Part shown: positions 24,139-34,118 of the stretch, one piece after another | Layout: the number at the start of each line of letters is the position of its first letter | How positions within the stretch are numbered: position 1 is the stretch's first letter | Source: Vulcanimicrobiota bacterium | GTDB taxonomy: Bacteria > Vulcanimicrobiota > Vulcanimicrobiia > Vulcanimicrobiales > Vulcanimicrobiaceae | Direction of reading: 5' to 3' | Length of the DNA stretch: 39,827 bases | Assembly (NCBI GenBank): GCA_003156715.1 | Contig: PMHO01000038.1 | Span: 21,891 to 61,717, forward strand | Notes under the pieces: model-generated | The model's database searches: none | What the model was told of the DNA's origin: nothing | What the model saw: the letters and a program-made list of their open reading frames with translations, nothing else | Position numbers and translations under genes: made by a program

Positions 24139-25158
24139 TCACGTCGCGGCCTTGCCGGCGCGGGGCCGGAATTGCAGGCGGTAACCGACCGGCATCAGCG
24201 CAATGCCGAAGCGATCGCGCAGCGCCCCCCAGATGCCGCGCGGCAGAAACAGCGAGAAGAGCAGAGCGCAAGCGCCGAGGCCGACGAGATACCACACCCC
24301 GCTGCCGCCGAAGAACGTCTCGATCGCGAAGAAGATGACCGCTCCCAGGACGGGGCCTTCGAACGTCCCCAGCCCCCCGACCAGCGTCATGAAGATCATA
24401 TACGCAGTCCACTGAACGCTGAAGTACGTTTTCGGCTGGAAGCTGATCAGCGTGGCAAGCGTCAGCGCGCCGGCAGCGGCGCAGCCCACCGCGGCCAGAA
24501 CGAAGATCAAGCACTTGGTGGCCATGACGCGCACGCCAACCGAGGCAGCGGCTTCCTGGTTGTCGCGGATTGCCTGAATCGACGCGCCGACGCGGCTCCG
24601 CAATAAAAGGAACACGGCCGCCACGAGCACCGTCATGACCGCGAGCGCGAGCCAGTAATTGAGCGCGCGCCGCGTATCGGGCGCGAATGCGGAGAGCGCG
24701 ATCAGCGACGTGCCGGTCTCGCCTTGCACGAGCCCGTCGAGGTTGACCAACAGGTGCGCGAGCTCGGCGAAGACCCACATACCGATCGCGAACTCGCCGC
24801 CCTGCAACCGAAGGGCGAACGTTGAAAGCGGCACCGACACGAGCCCCACCAATAGCGGCGCTAGGATGAGAGCGAGGTACGCCTCCAGCCCCGCGTGGGA
24901 AAGCCGGATGGCGGCGTAGGCACCAAGGCCGAAGAACGCCTGCTGGCCGACGGAAACCAGGCCGCCGTATCCGGCCAGCGCGTTCCACATGGCCGCCATG
25001 ATCACGTAAATCAAGAGCGTGGTGAGCCGGTCCGTGAGATACGGACCCAAATAGAACGGACCGAAGGCGAGCAGGACCAAGAGCGCTCCCAAGCAGCTCA
25101 TCGCCCCGATCGAAAGTGGGCTCCAGCGCTGGACGACGATGCCCGGGCCGCCGCTCAA
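24139..25158 (-). CDS. Branched-chain-amino-acid-type ABC transporter permease (LivM-like)
   Basis: It is a multi-TM protein (LTTLLIYVIMAAMWNALAGYGGLVSVGQQAFFGLGAYAAIRL). The proposed TTG start at 25158 overlaps the LivH stop as TTGA. The longer track ORF has a non-protein-like N-terminus. Confidence 0.7.
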   Translation of the reverse strand: MSGGPGIVVQRWSPLSIGAMSCLGALLVLLAFGPFYLGPYLTDRLTTLLIYVIMAAMWNALAGYGGLVSVGQQAFFGLGAYAAIRLSHAGLEAYLALILAPLLVGLVSVPLSTFALRLQGGEFAIGMWVFAELAHLLVNLDGLVQGETGTSLIALSAFAPDTRRALNYWLALAVMTVLVAAVFLLLRSRVGASIQAIRDNQEAAASVGVRVMATKCLIFVLAAVGCAAAGALTLATLISFQPKTYFSVQWTAYMIFMTLVGGLGTFEGPVLGAVIFFAIETFFGGSGVWYLVGLGACALLFSLFLPRGIWGALRDRFGIALMPVGYRLQFRPRAGKAAT

Positions 25159-26057
25159 ATGGGGGCCCTCCGCAGCGCTCCGAACAGCGTACGCGGATCG
25201 CGGCCGGCGAGGACGAATCGCGCGGCAAGCACGACGAAGAACACCGCATGTCCCGCAATGAGGAAGCCTCGCGGGCTCACCTGCGACCCGAGATTCTGCG
25301 CCACGCCGAGCACGATGCCGCCGATGAGCGTTCCCCACAAGGATCCCGTTCCGCCGATAACGATCGCCTCGAATGCGAAGATGAGCTGAGCCGGGCCGGT
25401 GTAGGGATCGAAGGTCGCCCGCATGCCGAGAAAGGTACCCGCGATCGCGACCGTCGCGATCGCGATGGCCGCGGCTGCCGCGTACACCCGGCGCGAATCG
25501 ATCCCGACCAGTTCGGCGGTATCGGCGTCTTCGGCCGTGGCGCGAATCGCGCGCCCCAGCGGCGTGCGATTGAGGAAGAGCTGCAGTCCGCCGAGCAATG
25601 CGAGCGCGACGCCGAAGGTCAGCAGCGCGAGTTGCCCGATCGTCACGCCCCCGCCAACGGTCCAGCTATTGAAGGCGAGATCCCCGATGTTGGGCGCAAG
25701 CGAGCGCGTGTCGGCCCCGAACTTCTCGAATAGCAGGTTGTCGAGCATCACCGCGAGCCCGAAGGTACTGAGCAACGGCGTGAGCGCACCCGAACGCAAG
25801 CTCCGCTCGAGCACCGTGCGTTGCAGCAGCCAGCCTGCGGCCGCCATCGCCGGGACGATCGCGACGAGCGCCAAGAAGGGCGAGACGTTCCACCGATCGG
25901 CCAGCATCCAAACCAGGTAGGCCGAGAGTACCGCGATGCTGCCGTGCGCCAGATTGATGATGCGCAGCACGCCGAACATGAACGACAAGCCGCACGCGAT
26001 CAGCGCGTAATAACCGCCAAGGAAGATTCCTTGGACGATTTGATCGGCCCAGATCAC
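25155..26057 (-). CDS. ABC transporter permease (LivH-like)
   Basis: QIVQGIFLGGYYALIACGLSFMFGVLRIINLAHGSIAVLSAYL is LivH-like. The GTG start at 26057 overlaps the upstream ATPase stop as GTGA. Confidence 0.8.
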   Translation of the reverse strand: MIWADQIVQGIFLGGYYALIACGLSFMFGVLRIINLAHGSIAVLSAYLVWMLADRWNVSPFLALVAIVPAMAAAGWLLQRTVLERSLRSGALTPLLSTFGLAVMLDNLLFEKFGADTRSLAPNIGDLAFNSWTVGGGVTIGQLALLTFGVALALLGGLQLFLNRTPLGRAIRATAEDADTAELVGIDSRRVYAAAAAIAIATVAIAGTFLGMRATFDPYTGPAQLIFAFEAIVIGGTGSLWGTLIGGIVLGVAQNLGSQVSPRGFLIAGHAVFFVVLAARFVLAGRDPRTLFGALRRAPI

Positions 26058-26782
26058 GACACGGCGCTTCCCGCGTCCGGCCGCCGTAGACCGAAGTACG
26101 CTTCGGTCACCCGCTCGCGGGTCATGTCGGAAGCCTTCCCTTCGAGGACGATGCGGCCTTCGAGCATGCACGCGACGCGGGTCGCGATCCGCAAAGCACG
26201 CGACAGATCCTGCTCGACGAGCACGATCGTCGCGCCGCCGGCGATGACGCCTTGCAGCGATTCGTACACCATGTTGACCGCGACGGGCGACAATCCGAGC
26301 GATACTTCGTCGAGCAGCAGAACGCGAGGGTTGGTCATCAGCGCGCGCCCGATCGCGGCCGCTTGCTGCTGGCCGCCCGAAAGGTCGCCGCTGCGCCGCC
26401 GCAGGAGCGGGCGCAGCATCGGAAATGCCTCGAGCACCGTCTCGAGGTTCCAGTGCCCCCTGCGCCGCGTCTCTCCGGCAACGGTCAAGTTTTCCTCAAC
26501 CGTCATGCCTGCGAACAGACGCCGCCCCTCAGGCACGAGAGCGATACCCATGCGGACGCGCGCGCTGGCGCGAACCGCGCTGATGTCGGCCCCGTCGAAG
26601 AGCACGCGGCCGGCGGATATTCGATGGGCGCCCGATATCGAGCGCAAGAGCGTCGTCTTGCCCGCGCCGTTTGCGCCGACGAGCGCCAGGATCTCGCCCT
26701 CCGCAAGCGCGAAAGAGACGCCGCGAACGGCCTGCAGCAAGCCGTGGCGCGCATCGAGCTGCTCGACCGCGAGCAGGCTCAC
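26054..26782 (-). CDS. ABC transporter ATP-binding protein (LivF-like)
   Basis: It has Walker A (GANGAGKTTLL) and the signature motif LSGGQQQ. The GTG start at 26782 overlaps the LivG stop as GTGA. About 165 codons of upstream track extension are Arg-rich junk. Confidence 0.8.
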   Translation of the reverse strand: MSLLAVEQLDARHGLLQAVRGVSFALAEGEILALVGANGAGKTTLLRSISGAHRISAGRVLFDGADISAVRASARVRMGIALVPEGRRLFAGMTVEENLTVAGETRRRGHWNLETVLEAFPMLRPLLRRRSGDLSGGQQQAAAIGRALMTNPRVLLLDEVSLGLSPVAVNMVYESLQGVIAGGATIVLVEQDLSRALRIATRVACMLEGRIVLEGKASDMTRERVTEAYFGLRRPDAGSAVS

Positions 26783-27513
26783 GTCACCCCGCTGCCGAGG
26801 TAGGCCTCGATCACGGCCGGATGCGCGAGCGCCTCGTCGGGAAGACCTTCGGCGATGACGCGCCCTGCATCCATGCAGACGAGCCGTTCGACGACCTGCA
26901 GCAAAACGTGCAGGATATGTTCGATCCACACGATCGCGATATGACGGCGGCGCAGCTCGCGGATGATCGCCACGAGCTCGGCCGCCTCGCCGTCGGTCAG
27001 ACCTGCACCGATCTCGTCCAGCAGCAGCACTTTGGGATCCGTCGCGAGCGCGCGCGCCAGTTCGAGCCGCTTGCGATCGAGCAGACCGAGCGTCTCGGCC
27101 GGGCGGTTCGCGACCTCGAGCATGCCGCAGAGGCGCAGCGACTCGATGCTGCCGTCGTAGGCGCGCGCACCCTTGTGGCCGCCCCCCATCGATGCAGCCA
27201 CGAAGACGTTTTCGAACACCGTCATGTCGCCGAAGGGGCGCGGCACCTGATGAGAGCGCGCGATTCCCAACCTGCATCGCGAAGCGGCGTCCAGCCTGGA
27301 AACGTCGGCGCCTTCGAACGTCACCGTACCGGCCGAGGGCCGGTAGGTTCCGGCCAGCACGTTGAGCAGCGTCGTCTTCCCGGCGCCGTTCGGCCCGACG
27401 ATGCCGACCGCTTCATCAGCGCCCAACCTGAAGTCGAGCTCGGCGACGGCCACGAACGCGTTAAAGCGCTTGACGATCCCGGCCGCGGCGAGCACGCTCG
27501 ACCCTTGCGCCAT
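26779..27513 (-). CDS. ABC transporter ATP-binding protein (LivG-like)
   Basis: It has Walker A (GPNGAGKTTLLNVLAG) and Walker B (LLLDE), with a LivG-like C-terminus. Confidence 0.85.
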   Translation of the reverse strand: MAQGSSVLAAAGIVKRFNAFVAVAELDFRLGADEAVGIVGPNGAGKTTLLNVLAGTYRPSAGTVTFEGADVSRLDAASRCRLGIARSHQVPRPFGDMTVFENVFVAASMGGGHKGARAYDGSIESLRLCGMLEVANRPAETLGLLDRKRLELARALATDPKVLLLDEIGAGLTDGEAAELVAIIRELRRRHIAIVWIEHILHVLLQVVERLVCMDAGRVIAEGLPDEALAHPAVIEAYLGSGVT

Positions 27514-27534
27514 CGGTGGCCTTCTTACGAGCGG

Positions 27535-28833
27535 TCAGCTATACGGCAGCAACTTCGCGGTGACGGGAACCTTCGGATCGTTCGCGTGTTCCGTGATGAC
27601 CATGTCGAAGGGGAACTTGCTGCCGGCCTTTGATTTCACCCATTGGGAACCGATGATGCTGGTGGGCGAAACGTTCGGAAACGGACCGGCCAAGAAGTCG
27701 ACTTTGCCCACGATCGTGATCGTGTTCAGCGCGCCGAGAGCCTTCGCCACAGCCGCCTTGTTCTTCGCCGCGGCGCTGTTCTTAAGCGCCTGGAAGCCCG
27801 CGTCGAACAAGGACAATGAGGCGCCCAGCTGCTGATTCCACTGTTTGCCGCTCGCGCGCTCGTAACCGTCGGCAAGTTCGCGCGAACTGACCCCGGTCAA
27901 CGACGATTTGTAGGGGAAGTCGCGATGCCAGTAACAGGCCGTCGCGAGCTTGTCCCCGAGCGAGCCGAGCGCTTCGACGTTCGAAGGAAACAGGCCGGTC
28001 TTGGCGATTTGCGCGATCTTCACGATCTTCGTATAGCCCTGTTGCGATGCTTGCCGCCAGAACGTTGCGAAGTCGGGCGGGATCGGGAACGTGTTGAAGA
28101 TTTCGCAGTTCTCGGCTTTGTATCTCGCGATTTGAGCCGAATAGTCGCTGGTGCCGTCTTCGTATGGTCCCGGGTCGATGACGGTAAACCCGGCTTTTTG
28201 CAAGTCGGGGATCAAGTGCTCGCGAATGGCGTTGCCGTCGGCGTCGTTCGGGTACAGCACGCCGACTTTCTTGTTGGTAGGCAATTCGTGCCATTGAGAT
28301 ACGTAGCAGTCGAAGAAATTCTTGACGCCGAAACTGAAATGATAGGTCCACTTGAACGGCGACGGTTGCCCGGGCTTTGCGCCACGCCCGAAGTACCACG
28401 CTTCCCAAGGCATGACGGTCGATAAGCACGGTACGCCGGCCGCTTCGCAAGCATCGGAGACCGGGTTGACCGTCTCGGGCGTCGAGGTGGTCAGCATGAA
28501 ATCGATCCCGTTGCCGTTGATCAGTTCCTTCGCCAATTGACCGGCGCGCGCCGGATCCGACTGCGTGTCCCGGTCGAGGATCTCGACGGCATAGCCCGTG
28601 CCGCCGGCGGAAAAGCCTCTGGCGAGGGACTTGCGCACGAGCTCGAGCACGTACGGGTCGCCTTCACCGAAGCCCGCCAACGGGCCAGTGCGGGGACTGA
28701 TGAAGCCGACCTTGAGCGCTTCGGCCGCGCGCGCCGATCCCCACAGCAAGGGCATTGCCCCAGCTAGCGCCGTGCCCCCGGCGGCGGCACCCACGCTCTT
28801 AACGAAGGTGCGTCGTGAACCATTGGTTGGCAT
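27535..28833 (-). CDS. Periplasmic substrate-binding protein of a Liv-type (type I PBP) ABC transporter, with a Tat signal
   Basis: ATG 28833 gives MPTNGSRRTFVKSVGAAAGGTALAGAMPL, a twin-arginine signal peptide, followed by a LivK/amide-binding-like fold. Confidence 0.8.
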   Translation of the reverse strand: MPTNGSRRTFVKSVGAAAGGTALAGAMPLLWGSARAAEALKVGFISPRTGPLAGFGEGDPYVLELVRKSLARGFSAGGTGYAVEILDRDTQSDPARAGQLAKELINGNGIDFMLTTSTPETVNPVSDACEAAGVPCLSTVMPWEAWYFGRGAKPGQPSPFKWTYHFSFGVKNFFDCYVSQWHELPTNKKVGVLYPNDADGNAIREHLIPDLQKAGFTVIDPGPYEDGTSDYSAQIARYKAENCEIFNTFPIPPDFATFWRQASQQGYTKIVKIAQIAKTGLFPSNVEALGSLGDKLATACYWHRDFPYKSSLTGVSSRELADGYERASGKQWNQQLGASLSLFDAGFQALKNSAAAKNKAAVAKALGALNTITIVGKVDFLAGPFPNVSPTSIIGSQWVKSKAGSKFPFDMVITEHANDPKVPVTAKLLPYS

Positions 28834-28983
28834 GAGAGCCCTCCAGCGTCGCCAGTTTCCTACCGTCGCAGCTTTGTCGCGGGCCCGCCCGTACCTTCGC
28901 GGCATTAGACCCGCTCCGACCGTCGGCTGCCGCTGGACATTCGCAGCGAGGACCTCGACGACGGTCTGGTATAGTCCAGCGCC

Positions 28984-30030
28984 GTGCGGGTCAACCTGAC
29001 GTACCAACGCTGCGGAATCGTCCTAGCGCCGGATGGTTCGCTCCTCGAAGCCGAGGGAGTTTTGAATCCGGGGATCGTTCGCGACCGCGGCGGCACGCTG
29101 CTGATGTATCCGCGCATGGTCGCGCCGGGCAACGTGTCGCGTGTCGGCTTGGCTCGCGCAGTCGAATCCGCGAACGGTATTGCATTCGAGCGCGAGGGGG
29201 TGGTTCTCGAACCGCGCAAGGGATACGAGCGACGTTCGGTTGCGGGCGGCTACGGGTGCGAGGACCCGCGCGTCACGTTCATTCCGCGCCTGGATGTTTA
29301 CGTGCTGGCGTACACGGCCTTTGGCCCGGAAGGGCCCCGCATCGCGCTTGCGATTTCCTCCGACGCCCATGCCTGGACGCGCTTGGGCCTCATCGAATTC
29401 GCCGACGATGCGTTCAACTACGTTCCGAATAAGGACGGGGCATTTTTCCCCGAAATCGTGAGCTCGCCGAGGGGCGTGCCCTCCTTCGCTTTCTATCACC
29501 GGCCGATGCTCAAGTCCAACGTCGAAGGGCAAGCACCGATCCCGCTTCTGCTCGCAATGCCGGCCGAACGCCGCGAAGTGATGTGCATCGCTTACGTGGC
29601 GGCCGAGCGCGCGCTTCGGGATGTCGACGGGCTGCGCTTCGTCATGGAAAGCGTGCGCGTGCTCGAAGTCGGCGAGCGCTGGGGCCGGCTCAAGAACGGA
29701 GCTGGGACGCCGCCGGTAAAGACGTCCGCGGGCTGGCTTTCGGTATTCCACGGCGTCGACTCGCTCGAACGCCCCGGCGGCGGCGCTTCGCTGCACTATC
29801 GTGCCGGCCTCGTGCTGCACGATTTGGAGCGGCCGCACGAGGTGCTGTATCGCTCGGAGGAGCCGTTCCTGCGACCCCAGACACCCGAAGAACGGCTGGG
29901 AATCGTGAACGACGTCGTGTTTCCGACCGGCATCGACCCACTCGACGAGGGTCGTTACGACCTGTACTACGGCGCTGCGGACGCCAAAGTCGCTCGGGCT
30001 CGGATCGAGGTTGCATTCCAGGATACCTGA
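28984..30030 (+). CDS. GH130-family glycoside phosphorylase/hydrolase-like protein (DUF377 fold)
   Basis: LNPGIV, GCEDPRVT, NGAGTPPVKTSAGWLSVFHGVD, YRAGLVLHDLERPHEVLYRSEEPFL and YDLYYGAADAKVARARI form a GH130-like beta-propeller pattern. The antisense track ORF 29023..30060 is Arg-rich and rejected. Confidence 0.75.
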   Translation: MRVNLTYQRCGIVLAPDGSLLEAEGVLNPGIVRDRGGTLLMYPRMVAPGNVSRVGLARAVESANGIAFEREGVVLEPRKGYERRSVAGGYGCEDPRVTFIPRLDVYVLAYTAFGPEGPRIALAISSDAHAWTRLGLIEFADDAFNYVPNKDGAFFPEIVSSPRGVPSFAFYHRPMLKSNVEGQAPIPLLLAMPAERREVMCIAYVAAERALRDVDGLRFVMESVRVLEVGERWGRLKNGAGTPPVKTSAGWLSVFHGVDSLERPGGGASLHYRAGLVLHDLERPHEVLYRSEEPFLRPQTPEERLGIVNDVVFPTGIDPLDEGRYDLYYGAADAKVARARIEVAFQDT

Positions 30031-30153
30031 AGGCCCTGCACGGCGGGGGCAAGGCAGCATAGCTTCCTTTTCAGCCGGGCTGTAGGGAAACGGTGGCTCT
30101 TCCGGCTAGCTAATGAAAAGAATGTTTTTGCCCCTCGGCCGCTGCTCGGCTGG

Positions 30154-31446
30154 ATGGTGGCAGGCTCAAGCGAAAGCGAGGCTACCTTGTCACGATCGCG
30201 TCTCGACCGCCGGACATTCCTCAAGGTGTCCGGTCTTGCTGCCGGCGCCGCGGCCGGCGTTCCGGTCTTCATTCCTAACCTGGGGCGCAGCGCCGACACG
30301 CTCAAGATCGGAGTCAGCGAGGAACTGACGGGCGTTTACGCTTACCCGGCGCGCAACGAAATCAACGGCATGCGCATGGCCGTCGACGACCGCAACAAGC
30401 GCGGCGGTGTGCTCGGCCGCCAGGTCGAGCTCGTCGTCGAAGACAACGCGAACAATCCCGGAACGGCTGTTGAGAAGGCCCGCAAGCTGATCCAGGTCGA
30501 CAAGGTGCTAGCGCTGATCGGCACCGTGAACAGCGCCGTCTCGATCGCAACCAGCGGCGTCGCGGCCGAGAACAGGATCCCGTTCATCGATTCGGGTGGT
30601 CATGCCGACCAGGTGACGGGCAGCGAATGTCGCTGGTCGACGTATCGCACGTGCCATAGCACGTGGATGGAAACCCATGCGACCGGTTACTCGATCGAGA
30701 AAAAGTTCGGTAAGAAGTGGTATTTCATCACGCCCGACTATTCTTTCGGGCACGCGCTTCTGACCGGCTATCAAGACATGCAATCCAGATTGGGCGTTCA
30801 GGTCGTCGGAGCGGATTTGACGCCGCTGGGCACGACCGACTTCAGCGCGTATTTGACGAAGGTCTTGGGCGCTAAGCCGGACGTGCTCATCCTGATGGTC
30901 CAGGGCGACGATCTGGTCAATGCTCTCAAGCAGGCCAATTCGTCCGGCCTCCTCAGCCGTCTTCCGGTCGCAGGCCCGCAGGGCGAGCTGGAAGTCTTCT
31001 GGTCGCTGCCCAAAGAAGCGCGCGTTGGGTATTGGGGCTTCGAATGGTATTACAATAGTCCGATCGTGCTCGGTGGTAACGCACGCGCAAAGCAGTTCGT
31101 GGCCGACTATACCGCAAAGCACAACGAGCCGCCAACGGCCCGCAGCGCGTTCGGCTACATCACGGTAACGCGTATGATGGACGCGTTCGCAGCGACCAAA
31201 GGAACCGATCCGGTGAAGGTTGCCCGTGCGATCGCCGGCCCCGTCGACGCGTTGTGCGGATCGCAGGCGCGTTATCGAGACGTCGACCATCAGTTGATTT
31301 GGCCGATGTGGTTCGGCGACGTTCGCGCCGACGGCACGCCGCACGATCCCAAAGACATCTTCAACGTCATCGACGAACAGCCCGGGGACCGCATCGAGCG
31401 CAGCGATGCCGAGATGCAAGGCATCTGCAAGATGGCCTACCCCTGA
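30154..31446 (+). CDS. Periplasmic substrate-binding protein, Liv-type, with a Tat signal (second system)
   Basis: It starts with a Tat motif (RLDRRTFLKVSGLAAGAAAGVPVF) and continues with a Leu/Ile/Val-binding-like fold (IGTVNSAVSIA...). Confidence 0.8.
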   Translation: MVAGSSESEATLSRSRLDRRTFLKVSGLAAGAAAGVPVFIPNLGRSADTLKIGVSEELTGVYAYPARNEINGMRMAVDDRNKRGGVLGRQVELVVEDNANNPGTAVEKARKLIQVDKVLALIGTVNSAVSIATSGVAAENRIPFIDSGGHADQVTGSECRWSTYRTCHSTWMETHATGYSIEKKFGKKWYFITPDYSFGHALLTGYQDMQSRLGVQVVGADLTPLGTTDFSAYLTKVLGAKPDVLILMVQGDDLVNALKQANSSGLLSRLPVAGPQGELEVFWSLPKEARVGYWGFEWYYNSPIVLGGNARAKQFVADYTAKHNEPPTARSAFGYITVTRMMDAFAATKGTDPVKVARAIAGPVDALCGSQARYRDVDHQLIWPMWFGDVRADGTPHDPKDIFNVIDEQPGDRIERSDAEMQGICKMAYP

Positions 31447-31453
31447 GCGTCCG

Positions 31454-32326
31454 GTGATCGAACGGCTCGCTCCGGAGGTCGTCAACGGGATCGTACTCGG
31501 CTCGTTCTACGCCATCGTCGCGATCGGGCTGTCGCTGATCATGAACCTTACCGGGACCATCAACCTGGCGCACGGTTCGTTCATGACGCTGGCGGGCTAT
31601 CTCGCGTTCGCCATCATGTCGCGCGGGGGGAGTTTTTGGGTGGCCCTCGGCGGCGCCGCGTTGCTCACCATGGTCGTCGGCGTTGCGGTCGAGCGATTGT
31701 TCATCGCACGGCTTTACAAGCGCATTCCGCTTTACAGCCTGCTCTTGACCTTCGGGTTGTCGCTGATCGCAGAAGAGTCGTTTCGCCTGATCTGGGGTCC
31801 GAGCTCCGTGCCCTTTGCGGTCCCGACAAACTTGCAAGGCTCGACGGCGCTCGGAAACATCGTGCTCCCCACCTATCGCCTGGTCATCATGGGAGCGCTC
31901 GTGATCGTAATAACCGCGCTGCTGCTCTTCCTGTACCGCACTCGGCTCGGCTTGCGCCTGCGGGGCGCGGTGCAGGACCCCGACATGATGGCGGCACTGG
32001 GAACGAATACTCGGGTCCTCTACACGGTGAACTTCGCAGTCGGCGTGCTGCTGGCGGCGATCGCGGGCATCTTCGCGGCCGGGTTGCTCGGGCTGCAGCC
32101 GACGATGGGCAACAGCCTACTCATGCCGGCCTTCATCACAGTCGTGATCGGCGGAATGGGCAGCCTTATCGGCAGCATCGTCGGGGGTCTTTTGATCGGG
32201 CTCACCGTCAGCATCACCACGCTTTATCTTCCGGCGGCTTCGGAGATCGTCATGTACGTGCTGATGGCGGTCGTTCTGCTGGTCAGGCCGCGCGGTCTTT
32301 TCGGCGAGGCCGGAATATTCGGATGA
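31454..32326 (+). CDS. ABC transporter permease (LivH-like), second system
   Basis: GTG 31454 begins VIERLAPEVVNGIVLGSFYAIVAIGLSLIMNLTGTINLAHGSFMTLAGY. Confidence 0.8.
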   Translation: MIERLAPEVVNGIVLGSFYAIVAIGLSLIMNLTGTINLAHGSFMTLAGYLAFAIMSRGGSFWVALGGAALLTMVVGVAVERLFIARLYKRIPLYSLLLTFGLSLIAEESFRLIWGPSSVPFAVPTNLQGSTALGNIVLPTYRLVIMGALVIVITALLLFLYRTRLGLRLRGAVQDPDMMAALGTNTRVLYTVNFAVGVLLAAIAGIFAAGLLGLQPTMGNSLLMPAFITVVIGGMGSLIGSIVGGLLIGLTVSITTLYLPAASEIVMYVLMAVVLLVRPRGLFGEAGIFG

Positions 32327-33345
32327 GGCTCCGTGCAAACGCCGTCGGGACGTCGCTGATCGCGATCGTGCTGCTCGCGTTGCCCTGGCTTCTCCCTGCG
32401 GCAAAGCTGAACATCTCGCTCGGGACGACGGTTCTGCTTTTCGCCTTGGCCGCCTCGAGCGTCAACATTCTGCTTGGCTATACCGGCCTCATGGCGTTTG
32501 GGAATGCGGCATTCTTCGGGGTCGGCGCCTACGCTTCGGCCCTGTTTGCCATCCATACCGTGCCGAGCTTGCTGCCGGCAGTTGCGGTCGGGTCGATCGC
32601 GGGGATGCTTAGCGCAATGCTCGTCGGCCCGTTTTTGATTCGCCGCCGCGGCATCTATTTCTCGCTCTTGACGATCGCGTTCGGACAGGTCTACTACTTC
32701 GTCGCGTATCGCTGGAACGACATGACCGGCGGTGAGGACGGGCTCACGGTTCAGCGGCCGCCTCTTGCCGCAGCGAAGGGCGTCGACGACGCCCAGTTCT
32801 ATTTCTTTGCGCTGGCAATCTTCGCACTCTTCATGGTCGTTCTTTGGTACGTGCTTCGATCGCCCTTCGGCTTGACGCTGCGCGCGATCGGTCAGAACGA
32901 GGTGCGGGCGCGCTACCTCGGCATCGACACCAATCGATTCGTCTACTTTGCCCTGACGCTCTCCGGCCTCTTCGCCGGGACGGCGGGCGCGCTGTACTCG
33001 ATGTCGATCAATTTCGCGTATCCGCTCTTGATGGATTGGCACCAATCGGGCGACTTCGTGATGATGGTCGTGCTCGGCGGGACCGGGACGCTGTGGGGGC
33101 CGCTCGTCGGAGCGACGATCTATGCGCTCGGCGCAAACGTCCTGAGCAGCGCCACCGAAGCCTGGCAGATCGCCATCGGTGCGCTGTTCGTCGCGTGCGT
33201 TCTGCTGTTCCCGCGCGGCCTGCTCGGGCTGGGATCGCGCTCGGGCGGCGCGGCGCCGCAATCGCTCGCAATGGAAGCCGGGGCCGAGCCGGTCGCGCTC
33301 GCCGCGCAAGGGTACGAGCCGGTCGCGCAGCGAGACCTCGGGTGA
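32323..33345 (+). CDS. ABC transporter permease (LivM-like), second system
   Basis: ATG 32323 overlaps the upstream stop as ATGA. The product (LGYTGLMAFGNAAFFGVGAYASALF) is a multi-TM protein. Confidence 0.8.
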   Translation: MRLRANAVGTSLIAIVLLALPWLLPAAKLNISLGTTVLLFALAASSVNILLGYTGLMAFGNAAFFGVGAYASALFAIHTVPSLLPAVAVGSIAGMLSAMLVGPFLIRRRGIYFSLLTIAFGQVYYFVAYRWNDMTGGEDGLTVQRPPLAAAKGVDDAQFYFFALAIFALFMVVLWYVLRSPFGLTLRAIGQNEVRARYLGIDTNRFVYFALTLSGLFAGTAGALYSMSINFAYPLLMDWHQSGDFVMMVVLGGTGTLWGPLVGATIYALGANVLSSATEAWQIAIGALFVACVLLFPRGLLGLGSRSGGAAPQSLAMEAGAEPVALAAQGYEPVAQRDLG

Positions 33346-34118
33346 GCGCCGCGCCGGTCATCCTCGAAGCGACCGGCGTGCGCCTGGCGTTCGGAGGCGT
33401 GCGCGCCGTCGACGGCGTCGATCTGCGCGTTCGCGAACGTGAAATCGCCGCGCTCATCGGCCCCAACGGCGCAGGCAAGACGAGCCTCTTCAATGCCCTG
33501 ACGGGCTTCTTCTACCCGGACGCGGGCACGGTCCGCTTTCGCGGCGAGGACGTTACCCGAATGCCGAACTGGCAGCGCATCAGCCGAGGCATCGGTCGCA
33601 CCTTTCAATCGCCGAGCATCTTCCCGGAGATGTCCGTTGCGCAGAATCTGACGATCGGCATCCAAAGCTCGTTTCGTCTGTCGCTTAGCCTTCGTCCGCC
33701 CTCCGCCGGCCGGCGCCGCGAACTCGAAGCGCGCCTCGTCGAGCTTCTCGGCTTCGTCAAACTCGAACGTTTACGGGATCGGCAAGTAGCGGAGCTATCG
33801 CACGGGGACCAGCGGCTCGTCGAGATCGCGATGAGCCTCTCGACGTCGCCGAAGCTGATCATGCTCGACGAGCCGACGGCCGGCCTCGCCGAAGCCGATA
33901 CGTCGCGCATCTTGAGCATCGTGCGCGACTTGCACGATCGCTTGGGACTCACCGTACTCTTCGTGGAGCACAACATGCGCTTCGTAGCGGCACTGGCGCA
34001 AACCGTCACGATGATGGACCGGGGCCGGGTCCTGCTGGATGGCCCGCCATCGGTCGTCCTCAAAGATCCTCGCGCGCGCGACGCGTACCTTGGCGCGGAA
34101 GAGTCCGTCCGTGCCTGA
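33342..34118 (+). CDS. ABC transporter ATP-binding protein (LivG-like), second system
   Basis: The GTG start overlaps the upstream stop as GTGA. It has Walker A (GPNGAGKTSLFNALTG), LSHGDQR and IMLDEP. Confidence 0.8.
   Translation: MSAAPVILEATGVRLAFGGVRAVDGVDLRVREREIAALIGPNGAGKTSLFNALTGFFYPDAGTVRFRGEDVTRMPNWQRISRGIGRTFQSPSIFPEMSVAQNLTIGIQSSFRLSLSLRPPSAGRRRELEARLVELLGFVKLERLRDRQVAELSHGDQRLVEIAMSLSTSPKLIMLDEPTAGLAEADTSRILSIVRDLHDRLGLTVLFVEHNMRFVAALAQTVTMMDRGRVLLDGPPSVVLKDPRARDAYLGAEESVRA

Noticed and set aside
24023-25258. A 411-aa ORF (24023..25258 -) in a different frame from the LivM-like permease
   Set aside because: Its translation is Arg/Pro/Gly-rich nonsense. The overlapping frame encodes multi-TM LivM with operon-style coupling to LivH.
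29023-30060. A 345-aa antisense ORF opposite the GH130 gene
   Set aside because: It is Arg-rich and motif-free, whereas the + strand has the GH130 (DUF377) signature segments.
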